The position numbers and the translations under genes were made by a program. A model generated the notes under the pieces. That model had not been told where the DNA came from. It did no database searches and worked only from the letters and a program-made list of their open reading frames with translations. From Amphiscolops sp. MND2022 (taxonomy: Eukaryota): a DNA stretch of 64,000 bases. This document shows positions 13,201 to 26,454 of this stretch, one piece after another. The stretch covers positions 50,036,001-50,100,000 of the forward strand of contig OZ076413.1 of the NCBI GenBank assembly GCA_964187785.1, given 5' to 3'. Positions within the stretch are counted from its first letter, which is position 1. Each line of letters begins with the position of its first letter.

Positions 13201-15445
13201 TCCAAAATTAACACCGCAAAGACAAATTCAAACATAACAAGCGAAGAAAACGAAAAGATGAACCGAGAAAATCTGTACCACTGGGGAGCAACCCGAGAAA
13301 TTATGGATATAATTAGAAAACGGAATAAAAGCCCCGAAACTCGACGTTTACTCGAAAGAAGAGAAGACTTGGCAAAACCCGGAACGATGAGGAGACGGTA
13401 CGACACACAATCACAAAGGATGATATTTACACCGTCGCGACCGAATAAAAGAAGCCGCGAAGAAATTGCGGAGATCGACGCCGAGCTCACACAAAGAGCA
13501 CACCGAATCGGTGGAGGATACCGGCCACTACAACCCGAAGAAGAAGAAGAACCGGAGGCACCAGAAGAAGGAGAACTACAAACCGAACAAAATACGGTAG
13601 ATATCGAGGAAGACAGTGTGATAATGCGGGGAGACAATTTGCCGATTGTCGACCTAAGCAAATACCACACAGATGGTAAAGAAGCCCACTACATCCAGAT
13701 AAACCACATAGTGGGAAAAATCACCGAAAACAAAAAACTAACAGAAGAGGACATAAAGAAAGCGGAATTCAATTTCATGCTTGATCTAAAAACCCTCATC
13801 TCCAAAACTTCAATCGATCCGGAAATGACACGAGTCCGAGCTAGCATGAAGAGAAAAGAAAAAGACACCGCACCGGAAGGCTACAGACCGGTTTTTGACA
13901 AACTATCAATTCGGTGGGGTTTAGTCTTTGTAGACAACCAAATTGCCGTTCCATTCGACTTACGAAGAAAACTGATCGAGATACTACACTTCGGTCACTC
14001 CGGGACAACCAAAATGTTATCGGACGCAAAAATCTTCTGGTGGCCGGAGATGCGGAAAGATATTGAACAAAAAGATAAAGATGCACAGCCTGCCTAGCTA
14101 CAGGTAAGAATGTTAAAGATCACATTCCAAAAAACCAATACGGAAAACTAGAAAAACTATCCGAACCGGGACAGGAATTACAAATAGATTTTACCGGAAA
14201 ATTACATAACAAAAAACTTAACGGAGAACCCCAAATATTAATCGCAATAGACCGATTTAGTAAATGGCCGACGGCGAAATTTGCAAAACGTCGGACACTG
14301 AAAAAGTCATAGGTTTCCTATCAAACCAATTCAATCTATACGGTATTCCAGAAAAAATCAAATCCGATAAAGTCGGAGCGTTCATTTCAACCGAATACAA
14401 AAATTTTTGTGAATCTCGAAACATAGAAATACAATACTGTCCTCCGCGAATGCATACCGGAAACGGAACAGTTGAAAGAGCAATACAAACAATGAAAAAT
14501 TTAATATTAGCTAACATGGAAGACGGTAACAATTTAACCGAAAGCGTAAATAGAGCGTTAAGGGTAATGCCATTCACAATACACACGGGATTAAAGAAAA
14601 CGCCATTTGAACTGCACCACGGTCGGAAACCGAGAACGGAATTAACTAATATAATGAAAGACGGGAAATCATTTCTATCAGATTGGTCAGAACTATCCAT
14701 TTCAGCACCGAATCGGCCCAAAATATCGATATATGTCGGAAGGGACGCCGACGGAGAAATCAACAACCACATGGTGAGGCAAGAACAAAAACCGAAGAAC
14801 GGCAACTGGCTGCGGAAACAAAATCTCCGAAGAAGAAGAGAAGCTCGGTTAGATATCCATTTAACTTCTTTGAAAAAAGACACAACCGGAAATCTTAAAA
14901 AGGAAGATTTCAACCAAAAATACAAACCGCCATAAGCGGAACCGAAAACACCGTAAAAACATACGGGCAAAATAATACACCGAAAATTTATTTCGGGTCC
15001 ACTATTTCAGAGCGAGAAAAGACAGCGAAGGGAATCGGCACCAGCAGTCTCCGCCGAAATAACACCCAAGAACCGACACTGCCTACGAGGATTAGATGGC
15101 AAACACGGGAAATGGGATGAAATCCTAAGAGACTTCCTGAACGGAAAACTGCGAATAGTACAAAACAAAAAACATACCGAGACCGAATCGGAAGATGAAG
15201 ACGATGATGATGACGACGAAGAAGAAATGCGGGAAGAAGCCGGAAAAATCTATGACACATCTGAGAGTCTGGGACGATTTGACCCAATACAAACAGACCC
15301 CGAAAATGATGCAATACAAATCCACACAGATGGAGAAATGCCTCAGGGTGAGAATACCGAAAATAATCTTAGACGGTCAAACCGAAATACCAATAGACCG
15401 AATAGATACGGTAGCATATTTTACAAAGGAAATTTCTGGGTATGA
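10261..15445 (+). pseudogene. gag-pol polyprotein pseudogene
   Basis: Two Zn-knuckle-like motifs (CRFC...HKC, CNNCGKKGHYERVC), protease IIDTGS, RT (DLDYAY; WLDN), RNase H (TTDASK; ELELLA; TDHQAL) and integrase (LHFGH...FWWP; IKSD; VERAIQT). In-frame stops at 10657, 12171 and 12852 plus several frameshifts. Confidence 0.93.
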
Positions 15446-15589
15446 AAACACTTTGTATGTTACAGGTCAAATTGGGAACCGAACAAAAGGCACACCACAG
15501 CCAATACCAGGAGATGTGCAAAAGCCCCAAGACTTCTTGCCAAGCAACATGACATTACCCACCACATCTTCGAGCCCCTAAAGAACCTC

Positions 15590-15606
15590 AGAGAGAGAAG
15601 GGGGAA
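15590..15606 (+). other. Polypurine tract (PPT)
   Basis: AGAGAGAGAAGGGGGAA immediately before the 3' LTR. Confidence 0.9.
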
Positions 15607-15819
15607 TGTTATACGGTTCATCCGTCAATCATCAAGAAACTGATAAACTGACCTTTACCGAACTCCGGTTGTAGACATACCTGCTTAATGTTTACAAACA
15701 GTAGATATATACTGAAACATTCATTTATGTTACTTGATACATAGCGTACGCTTGAGTACAGTAAAGAGATACTTTTAGAAAACTGTGTTCTTTTCCTAGT
15801 AATAGTCAGAGATACAACA
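15607..15819 (+). repeat. 3' LTR
   Basis: Near identical to 9996-10208; followed by TSD CAACC. Confidence 0.97.
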
Positions 15820-17151
15820 CAACCAATCAAAATTGAGCTTTTGAAAGCGGAACAATGAAAATATCATTCTTCCGTAGTGGTTATAACGTAAGAAAGTTGT
15901 TCACATTGTCTACAAATTTCAATTCTTCGCTATGTTACCTCGTTTTGTTACCTTGAGGAAGTTACACCGTGCACGAAAGGTGTATTTTTTTCAGGTTTTG
16001 TATTTTAACATTGCAATTAAAAGCATTTGAGAGTTTGAATTACCGGTGAATTGTCTTGCAAGATTTTTTATCAAGATGCGGACAAAATTTCTGTTGAACA
16101 TTAGAAGTTTGCGGCGCGGTCATTTTCGATTATGACAGAAACAGACCTAAAATCATAAATGTACAAAATAATTCAGGGTGAGCTCCAAATCATTTATCTT
16201 GAAATTTTTTTGGCAAATATTTCCTGCTCCTTTCTGCAATACCGAAGAGTTCTTCGCCAGCTTGGTATCATAGGGATTTAAATATAACTAGCAGTTTTTG
16301 CTCCAAATAAACCAAAACATGCGTCATAATATTGTCTGCTTTGTGAATGCAAAAACTTTCAATTTGCTCGAAAATCATTTAACAAAAAAACCGCAAAGAA
16401 CTGTGTTGAATTCATATAGAAAGAACTGTTACAAAGTGATCACTCTTATTTGTTCTTTTCAAGTATTTCATGATAAAGTCAAGCCTTTAAAAGTTTCAGG
16501 CTTCTTTCACTATCAGAGATTATTTGATTGACATTAGAGGCTATTGATCTTCGATAAAATAATGCGTTTTAATGGGTGAATCATGGAATGATGCCAGATA
16601 TTGCCAACCATGACTTGAGACCTGGATGATCATGGATGTTTCTTCCATGAATATGCCATGACAGATTAAATCGAGATGTTTCTGGAATCACTTTCGGAAG
16701 TATTTGACGATGATACAGGAAAATTTTTTGCTGGTTGTGTTCCAGAAAAAAGGTTAACTTGTCCATATTTCAACATACTGCACAGCAATAAAATTGAACA
16801 AAAAAGCTAGACTTGCGAAATTTTCCATATCACGTAGCAACAAAAGTGTGGAAAAAACAAGCGGTGCAAATCAATGTGGAAATCAATGCGGAATGAAAAA
16901 AGTTACCTTTCTACACAATGTTGAAATTTCAGAGAAAAAATCAAGGTAGACACAATTTGCCATGTTACGCAACAATAAAAATGTGGAAAAAATCGAGTTA
17001 GACAAGAAATTTATCGTACCACGCATTTACAATACGCGGAAAAATCAGCTGATACTTTGCTTTAAAAAGCTCAAATTAAGAAATTTGTGTATTGGAAATT
17101 ACAGGAGAGCTGAAGTTAACTGCAATGAGTCGAATAAAATTGCTTTTTCAT

Positions 17152-19567
17152 TCACCACAGTTCACATTTATGCGATGAAACCATATTATCAGTCTGTTGA
17201 CATTCGTAGAACTTGACAAACTCGGAGTTCATTGAAAGCAATTGGTTGACTCGCAGCCAATCAGGAAGGTCCTTTGTATCGGAGCCCAAGACCACAGAAC
17301 TATTCACGCTCACAGTGCGAAATCTTTGAGCCCATGCCACGAAAAACAGTTGCTCAGCTGTATGGTTGTGGAGACCTGGAAAATCAATCGAAAGTTTCTC
17401 TGTTTTTCCTAATTTTTTGTTAGCTTGGAAAGCATTATAAGCTGCCTTCAGACCCAAAGAATTTGCAAAACTGTCAGCCAGGTTCAAGTTCGCTTCGTTC
17501 ACGTTTGCTTCATTGAAGACGTGTAACAAACAGGAAAGGAACTTGTCGTATTTATTCTTGGTCTCTGACCCCCAATGCAGAAGATTCTGCCAGGATGAAT
17601 CTTTCATCGCGTGTGGATCTATAGAATGGAATATCCCTTCGCCTATAATTGACCCCAATTGTGCATATTTCACAGGTTCAGGTATTGATTGGGAATAGAA
17701 CATGTTGAGATAAAAACTAGACACAAAAACTTCCTGTGAGTTGTAATCATAAAGCAGGCCGTGTGAAAACGGACAACAGTCTTCCCACAAACTTCCCCGG
17801 TTTTTGTAGACATGCTGGTAATAGTACTGAAGTTCCCGCCAATAGTAGATGTATTCGTTCACACCAAATTCGGGGAGGTGCAATTTTCTCAGCTCTTCGT
17901 CCATTTTACGGCAGAGCTTGTCATCTGTCGAAGGGTGAACCTTAATAAGGTCAATCAACTCTTTCACTTTTTCCCGAGTTGTAAATTCCTCAATTTGATC
18001 AACAGTTTTCTTAGCCTCTCGTTTAATCTCAGTTGTAAGGTTATCCATAAGCCCGAATACATTTGGCCCCATGTACAATTTCATAAATGCCGTATTCAAA
18101 ATTTGTTGCGCTATCGGAATTTGAGAAAGTTCTTCAATACATCTGATCTGTCGCCATCTAGCGGTATTTTCATGACCGATGATGTCTGCACTATATGAAA
18201 CATTAGTGCGCATCAAAGTCATGTGAACAGCAGATATGTATTGAATCAAATAAAACAGTTTTGAATTCTTCAGAAAATCGTTTCCATGGATAATTTGGAA
18301 ATAATTACGATTTTTCAACTTGAAGGTGAATTTTTCATTCATCATTCGCTCTGGGAAAAGATTTCCATACTTTTTGAACGGTGTGAGAAAAATGTAATTC
18401 TCAATAATGTCTATTTCGAATTCATCACTTTCAGGGTCATGATTTGGGTCAAAGTCACCTCCAGTTGACCCGACTAAGGTCACAAACTCTTCAATAACTT
18501 TTTGAGTTTCTGACCTGAAAACGTTAATCGTTCGGGACAAATCGTGGAAATCTATCAGCGAGTCAATTATGTAATTCAAAGCCATTTCAGACAACGAGCC
18601 GTTCTTGAAAACTGGCAGGACATCGTGCAGAGTTTCAGAAGAAACCGACGGTGAAATTAATACGAAGGGGGAGTTTCTTTGAGTCGATTGTGAAGCTATG
18701 GTGCTGAAAAACAACGTTTTTTGAGTCAACCATCTTTCGTTTGTGATTTCATACCAAAAGTAAAGATTTCTCACTGACAAATCAGTTTCATCGTCGTTTC
18801 CAAAAACGTCGAATTCCAATTCACGTCTAAATATCTGATCAACTGTTTTGATCACGTTGAATATTCCAATTTGGTTTTTCGCTTTCTGAGACATACAAAT
18901 TCTATAGAATAGTATAATTTTGTATTCGGATTCACAAAAGTCGTCCGTTTCTTCCATTATAGAAACCAGCCGTGGTATGATGCTCCGAATCTCGTCTTCT
19001 GTCGGAAAATTCCGCTTCTCAAATAATGCAATGCCAAACATTTCTCGGTCTAAGGAATTTCCATTGCTGTACTCGTAGAAGTTTTCACAAGCGTTTGTTT
19101 GAGGGCCAATATGACGTAATATATTTGCTGCTGAAATGACTTCATCTGGCGAGGATCGGATCTTTCTCTGGATTTTCGAGTTTTTTTAAAGAAATCACTT
19201 TGAATGTTTGTCTTCCTCAAAACGTGGTAGATAATTAAAAAGTGTATCAACAGTTCGGCATAAAGTTTAAAAAGATGTTTTATGGTTTGCTGCGAAAACA
19301 ATTTTAGCGTGGAACGAAAAATGTGATTCATTAGGATCTTTTGACTTTGCTTTGGAATAGAAGTTATATCTGAGGTTATATTTAAAAACTCTGTCAAATG
19401 AATACATCTGACCACGTGATTTCTCAATATACATTAGAAGAATCTTCTCCACAAGCCTTGGTGGCGAACAGAGCAATAGATAGAGCCACAATAATGAGAG
19501 CAGCCACCGAGAGAGCACACATCAGCACTGCTTTCATGCGATCCACTCGTGTAGGGTCAAACGGCAT
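17152..19567 (-). CDS. Neprilysin/M13 peptidase-like type II membrane protein lacking the catalytic HExxH motif; predicted exons 19567-19433 and 19167-17152 (~716 aa)
   Basis: Exon 1 is MPFDPTRVDRMKAVLMCALSVAALIIVALSIALFATKACGEDSSN (signal anchor). A phase-0 GT..AG intron joins it in frame to the 629-aa ORF, extended upstream through NACENFYEYSNG (cf. DPCxDFYxYACG). M13 C-terminal motifs: YAQLGSIIG, GLKAAY, EQLFFVAWAQ, RVN...F..F.C and terminal CELW. The intron is inferred from splice signals. Confidence 0.82.
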
Positions 19568-19854
19568 TGTGGCGATTCAATTACAACAAAAATACACTGG
19601 TAATCTTCGGAAAGTAGTTGAGTTCTTTTGAGAAGCGAATTGTAGATACACAGTTTTTGGCGTGAAGTTATCTATTTCCACTGAAAAAAAACATGTACAT
19701 CGCGTGTGAGCCATAGTGTGAAAATTGTTTGTACAAAAACTGTTTCAAATGAGAATTATGTTGCAGAGAGAATTTTGGAAGTATACGTTAAGTAATTTTT
19801 TGCAAATAATGATTTTCCTGATAACGATCAGAAAAACCAGGCTATTTCTGAGTA

Positions 19855-20311
19855 TTTTTAGTCGGCGCTTCATGAAGTGAAACGCGACTATCATAGTGAC
19901 ACTTTTTTTTCAATCCACACGAACTGACCAAAAGAGTTCTACAAAAATTCTACGAAGTATTACCATTTGGCCCAGCGAACTGAACCAAAAAGGTTCTTCC
20001 TGTTTTTCCGCGTAACATACAGTACCGGGCGAGACTAAAGGGTCCCCTTTCAGTTTTTTGGCATTGTGAGACATTTTTTCGGAAAAAATTTCCCAAAGGG
20101 TCCCTGAACTTTTGAAACAATGGATGTTAAAAAATCCGAGAAAATCCCCTCTTTTAGTGCGCCGAGTGCCCGCTAGCGGGCCCCGGCGCGCCAATTCTGT
20201 ACAACGTTTGGGTTTTTCGGGTACTGTAAAAGAATACTTGACACTTTGAAGTCCTTTTTCTATTTTTGTGCCTTAGATAAGGCACCGACTTATGCCGTTC
20301 CCAGGTTGTTT
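19855..20311 (+). mobile_element. Dispersed non-autonomous repeat, HINE-like family A
   Basis: 5' TTTTTAGTCGGCGC; 3' GGCACCGACT plus short hairpin plus TTGTT. Body shared with 33644-34167 and 55561-55990. Confidence 0.75.
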
Positions 20312-23105
20312 AATAACACGACACCCGCTGATCATCAGGATATATTTCGACAAAATTGTTTGAGGCAACAACATAAGTTTGAGGCTCAAGAGTGAGTAGC
20401 CAATGCTCTACGAGAAGTAGTTTGCACTACAAACGCATAGAAACTTGATGAAAAATAGGTTGATATTTTTTGATTGATGTCATCCCATTTCAAAAGGAAA
20501 CACTTCAAGAACACAGTAAATAGCTACTTGCTTCGTTGTTTGACTGAGTGGCGATACCAAAACCCACCAACGTTTTAAAATTTTGCACGAAATGTCACTG
20601 AAAATGTCAAAGTTTGTAATGTTTCGGATTTTCGAAAACATTACTGTCATTTTGGGCACTTTTCAAAGAAACTGCATTTGTCTTCTCAAAACGACTACTG
20701 GATACCGTGTTCAGTCGTTGCTGATTCACAAAATTGCTTGAAAAATGATAAAAAGTATAAAAAAAAGTTTCAAAAACGAAAAAAAATGGTTTTTCGATTA
20801 TTTTTTGTTGATAATTTTCAGGCTCTTTTCGAACGTGAACATCCACTAACCTTCAAGAAACTTATGGGGCATTGCATTGGGTTGCTGTTGGACGTTCTCG
20901 TTCTTCTAACAATGGAAAAATCTCAGTAAACTTACAAACTTCGCAAAAAAAGTTTGAATTTGGATTTTTCATTTTGGACTCATCGGGGTTATTTTGAAGT
21001 GTTTTTGAAGCAAAGCACTGCAACTTTCTCTTCAGAAAAACCTACTGCATGACTAGTTAGTTCGTTGCCGAGTGTTTTGAACTTTCTTAACCACAAAAAT
21101 CTACAAAAAGTGTACACAAACTGCATGGAAAATCACAAGCTGAAAATTTTCAGGTAATCGCAATTTTCGGGTGGAATTATGGCAAATTTCTATTGATAAC
21201 TTGCTTTTATTTTTTCAAAAACCCTACTGGTCATTATATTCCTAGGTTGGCGAAACATTTGAAGTTTTAATTATCAAAATCTTTCAAAATTCCGAGAAAA
21301 AAATTGCGTTGAAATTTAAAAAAAATTGGTGGAACATTTTTCGACTTTTTGGCAATTTGGTGATCTTTTTGAGGCTCTTTTCCAACATGAAACTGTAATT
21401 GATTGTCAAAAAGCCTTCTAGTTACCGCGTTTGTTTGCTGTTCATTGTTTTCATTCTTCTAACAAACGAAAGTTTACGATACTTCCTAAACTGGAATTTC
21501 AGAAAAAATGTTTTTTTTTCTACTTCTTCGGGTTATTCTGAGACAATGTTTTTCCTGGAGAATCACAAAGTTTTCCTTCAAAAGGCCCACTGCTTAGCTT
21601 GGTAAATTGTGTGGAGCTTTAGGACGGTCTAACTCACGAAAATTTCCACGGCATTCAAAATTGTCAAAAATCGGAAAATTTCGATTTTTTCAACTTTTTT
21701 TCGGGTAAATTTGAGGCATTTTCCAAACACAAATCGGCATAATTTGATCTTCGTTTACAGTACATACCTTTTACTCTCTAAACTTCTTTAGATCACACTA
21801 TTTCATGTTGGAGATAATCTCTGAGAAGATCATTCCCTGAGGAGGTCAAATTTGACTGATGCCTCGCAAAAATGATGAATCAAAGACAGTTGCTTCGATT
21901 TCTTTAAACGATTAGGATTTAATGGAGAAGAAAACGATTGTGCCAAGATTTGTACGAGCAAACGGGAAGATGCAACAATCTGTTCTTGCATATTTGTTCT
22001 GTAGCATCTTTGCAAGATTTTGAAACGATTTCTAGATTTTTTAAAATTAATTTGTTCAAGTACAAGAATTATTCAAAAAGTGGAAAATTACTCACAAATG
22101 TTTAACTAGATTCTACTCGTATTTCACTTGACTGAATTCACCAAACTGTTTTTTACTAATCAAAACGTTTATTCAAAAATTTCGAAGATCAGACAAAACA
22201 CATTGGAGCAAACTTTCATATTCGTTTTTTTAATGTTAAAAAATGGGTTTCAAAAATTCTACAGTTGATATTCGAAGCAACTGGGTTAAATTATGAATCG
22301 ACTTGGAGCGAATCGTATCAACGCGATTGCCGCCAATTTGAGTAATTCTTGGGTAGCCTTATTACAGCCTTATTACTTGTTTGCACAAGCCATTCAGTAG
22401 TATATTGCTTCCTGTTTCCTTTAGAGAAAGCGGGTTGGAAATTTCGATAGATCTCAAGTAAAATGAGATGCTCTTTCCGGAGTCCACACTTCAAAAGTTC
22501 CAGGAAGTCGTGAAAACGTTAAAGTTCACAAGTATTTTGGAGACTCTTTGAAATCTATCTATCTGGAGTATCAATGGCTGTCTTTGCATCCAATATTATT
22601 TGATAAATTGGACTCAGAGGTAATACGGGGTGCTGCGATCCTGAATCAATTCATGAAAACATGACTGTCTGTTTTGTTCTCGTTTTTTTTCTGTTCCTGT
22701 TTCGTGATAAAAAACTACAATTGGTGACAAAAAACTACAATTACCAGGCTTGCTTGGTTTTCCATTCACTCATCTGAAGTTATGAAACTTCTATAGACAA
22801 CTTCTATTATGAAACTTCTATAGCAAAACTGTGTAAATGCGATATACCACAATTAACTTGTAATCTTACAGTTTAAAAACTCAGCGCTCGCAAATAAATT
22901 CGTAAATTAAATCAAATAGTTTCACAGAAAACCAGTTTTCACAATATGTAACTATTGGAACTGTCCACGCACCAAGTTATCAGTTCTTTCCCGATATTAC
23001 TCAGCAATATACATACAATTTTAGTGGGTATAAATTGAACTCATAGAAAGTTATATAATTGAAAACAAGGTTGAAGATCTGTGGTCTCAGAAAACCAACT
23101 TTTTT

Positions 23106-24964
23106 TCAGTATCTAGGTTCTCCTGCAACTTGCTTGATCCAGTCAACATACTGGTACACGTTAGTATAAACTCCAGGCTTTTTAGGCTGGGCACACTTGC
23201 TTCCCCATGACACCAGCCCAGTCAACTCATAAGCCCCTCCCACTTTCCGCACCAGCGGGCCCCCGGAGTCACCCTGGCAGGAATCAATCTGCCCCTCCTC
23301 GTAGCCCGCACACAACATGCCCTCCCCGATGGAGTTGGGCGAGTACCAGCCGTCTTGGGTGCAATTCTCCCGCGAGATGATGGGCACATCAGCTTGGATG
23401 AGGTACCTGGAGATATTTCATACTATACAAGGTACTTGGCAACTACCTTGACAAGAAAAAGTTGTTCACGAAACTGGCACGAAAAGTTCAAATACTGAAC
23501 TAAACTTTTTGGAACTTTCTCTTTTCCCTGTTATGAAACATGGGAATTTTATAAAATAGCCAATTTTTTTTAAAAATACTCTCAAAAAAACTCAAATACC
23601 TTCGTAAGTTTGCAACGATAATATTTGTTTTCTCCTTGATCTCTGCAGAAAGAGATAGATGCGTTGGGTTCAAACTTATAGTTTGGCCATGTTAGTGAAA
23701 AAACGCGACTGAAACATTAATTTTGAATTCAAAGCAGAAAATACAAAAACTCAAAAGAATCACCTGTTTTTGTTTGTTCCGAGAGTGTAGCCCCAGCCCA
23801 TAACAGTAGCTGCTTCGCCTCCGGAGACGGGTCCAGAGGGCATACAGATGGGCTGAACTTTTTTGCTGAATTTGATGGCTGATTCCACTTTGAGAATGGC
23901 AATGTCGTTGTTCATGAATTGACCTTCGAATGCATCTGGGTGTTTTATGATCTTGGCAATTTTTCTAGAGAACTGTCCAGGGTCGCGTTCCTTCAAATCC
24001 CAGTTTGCAAAAACAAGCTTGCCTGTTTCTGTGTTCATCTAAAGAAGAAAATGAAAGAAAGAATTTTATACTACAGAAAAGAGAGTGGTATTTCTTCAAC
24101 TTTTTGATTACAATCGATTCGTATCATTTTGTCCTTTTTTCTGTTTTATAAAAGCATTTGAGCTTCCAAGAAGTATATGCCGCAGTTTTGGAGAGAGCGC
24201 GGAAAATATGCATTATTTTGATACAGATTTTCTGCGTGAAAAGTTCTTACCTTTCAAATTACTTGTTCATATTGTAAAATATATTGTACCTTGGATTACT
24301 TTTCCATCCAAAGTTAGTTTTTTCTTCATCGAAAGACAGGAATTGAATTTTTGCAAATAAATCTAATGAAATTATCAAACGTCGGTTCAAAGAAAACTAA
24401 AATACACATTAGGATTAGAAACTTGACATTCATGTTAACCAAAAGTAGACAAAAAATTCTGCTGCTTGAACGGGAAAATTTTACAACAAGATCATTTTTC
24501 ATCGAAAACTTACAACGAAATTGCAATAAAAGATTTCCTGTAAAATTTTGGAATCAATATTTTCCCGTTACATTCTCTGATTGAATTTTCTCTAAACTTT
24601 TTAGTACCTTTTTCGTGATGCAATGAGCAGCGGTGATGACGTGATATTTGTCATAGATGGCAGCTCCACACAAGTGATAGGCCTTGAACTTGAAATCCAC
24701 CATAAATGGAAATGCGTTTGGAATCGAAACAGTTCCATTCACAATCTTTTCCTCTGGTTCTTCTCCTGACAGAGGAGCTTGGCCACATTTGACTGTTCTC
24801 TCTGACTCCCAACTATCTGTCCTGGGTTCGAACCCCTCTTCGCTCTCCCAGTTCCACTCATGAGTGACGTCATTGTTTTTCAGAAAATTCACAGATCCCT
24901 GAACTCCTTCAGAAACGATACTGATCACAAAAAATGTACTAAGAAACAAAGTTGGAAGCAACAT
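23106..24964 (-). CDS. Secreted trypsin-like serine protease (S1A), 3 exons 24964-24608, 24038-23764, 23406-23106; 310 aa
   Basis: Signal peptide, activation site EEK|IVNG, catalytic triad TAAHC / NDIAILK / GDSGGP, S1-pocket Asp (IDSCQ), GLVSWG and PGVYT. The GT-AG introns (phase 0 and phase 2) splice in frame. Confidence 0.95.
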
Positions 24965-25702
24965 AGCGTTTAGTTTCTGAGATCTTTTAACACTTTTTTA
25001 AAAAAATGAAAACCAGGCGTTTAAATACTTTACATTATTGAATTTAAAAGTTGATTTCTTCAAAATGGTGTCATCAAACTTGAATTTTATGTCATGAACA
25101 TGCTGAACGTTTTTTGATTTATCGACTCACGAGTTACATCAATGTTGCCTCAAATGTCTCTGCCTTGAAAATCGAATTTTCAGAATTTTATCAATTTGCG
25201 TAATAATTAATGAAATAATAGAACACATGTTACTTCAAGCCGTTGTTTAAAAAAATTATTTTTATCATAAGAATTCTAAAATTTTATTTTCATTTTGCTC
25301 GACAAAAAGGTTTGCGTATGATAAAATGAACGAGGTGTCAGCAAAAAACGCACTCCCTGGAGAAACGTTGCAAAATTAATGAGAAATTAATTGCCCTGCA
25401 AGATTTGGAACAGTTATTTTTCGCAGAATTCTTCCAAAACCTTCATCAACTTGGATGGTAACCCAGGGTAGCCCATCGGTGGCCACTTATGATGACCACG
25501 CTATATTTTGCGATGGTCATGAGCAGAGATGTAAAATATTGTATTTAAACATCATTTTTTGAAAAACTAAATATATATATTTGTTGCTGGCTAACAAAAA
25601 ATATATATGAAATATATGGTCCAAAATTGCGCGAGAAAAAATATATTGCTCGAACAAATATTGTTTCTACACTTTTGTTTCATATTTATATAGCACACAA
25701 TC

Positions 25703-26454
25703 CAGTAGCGTTCTAAAATATCGCAACCTCATTGCTTAAATGGCAAAATTCAAAACCAAATATCTCGTAAACAGTCACGAATACAAACATTTGCCAGCTA
25801 CAAAAGTTTCTTAGAATTTTCTCTAATTTACAAAAATGTTTGTTTGAAATCTCTGCGACCCATACTGAAATAGTTAGAAAATGCACATTTGAGAAAATTT
25901 AAATTTAATTTTTTTTTTCGAAAATTGGGTAGCATTGAATTAAAATCTTTGGATTTTTTTTCGTTCTGAGACTCCCTATAATTTCTTGAACCTACGGAAT
26001 TGCTTTGATCGAGAATTTGAGTCAAGTCAGAAACAAAATGCATTATATTTTCTGTCTGTAAGCACAGAAGTACATGTATTAAGATAGGCTATAAGAATTC
26101 ATTTAGAAAATTGATGAGTTTTATTTGAAATCTAAAACGTTTTTCAATCAAATCATATCAGCATCCTCATGAAATTTGAGGGCACATGATTGGCTGAAAT
26201 TTTTTCGAAAATACTTTTTCAACTTGGTGAAAATCAAGAAAAAGTGGAAATTTGATGAAATTTTGTCAAATTGTCCGATTTCTAACTTTTGTAATTTTTG
26301 TCACAGAAATTTCAAACCGATTTTGTAAACTAGATAAAATTCTAAGAAACTTTTGTAGCTGACAATATTTTGTATTTGTGACAGTTTCAAAGATTTTTGG
26401 ATTTGAAAATCGCAATTTTAGGCAATGGAGTTGCGATATTTTTAGAACGCTTTG
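25703..26454. mobile_element. MITE/foldback element with ~130-bp imperfect TIRs (Tc1/mariner-type CAGT end)
   Basis: AGCGTTCTAAAATATCGCAAC...CAGCTACAAAAGTTTCTTAGAATTTT (25707-25835) is the reverse complement of AAAATTCTAAGAAACTTTTGTAGCTG...GTTGCGATATTTTTAGAACGCT (26320-26451); no coding capacity. Confidence 0.82.

Larger units (their letters stand above)
9996..15819 (+). mobile_element. Full-length but defective Ty3/gypsy (Mag-like) LTR retrotransposon
   Basis: 213-bp LTRs at 9996-10208 and 15607-15819 (2 differences seen), TSD CAACC (9991-9995, 15820-15824), PBS 10209-10224, PPT 15590-15606, and gag-PR-RT-RH-IN order. Confidence 0.97.

Noticed and set aside
10185..15325. Long antisense ORFs over the LTR element (e.g. 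14257-14970, 13128-13670)
   Set aside because: Shadow ORFs caused by the strongly A-rich sense strand; no recognisable motifs
19050..19518. Separate ORFs 19050-19427 and 19267-19518
   Set aside because: Off-frame or intronic readings over the neprilysin-like gene's first exon and intron
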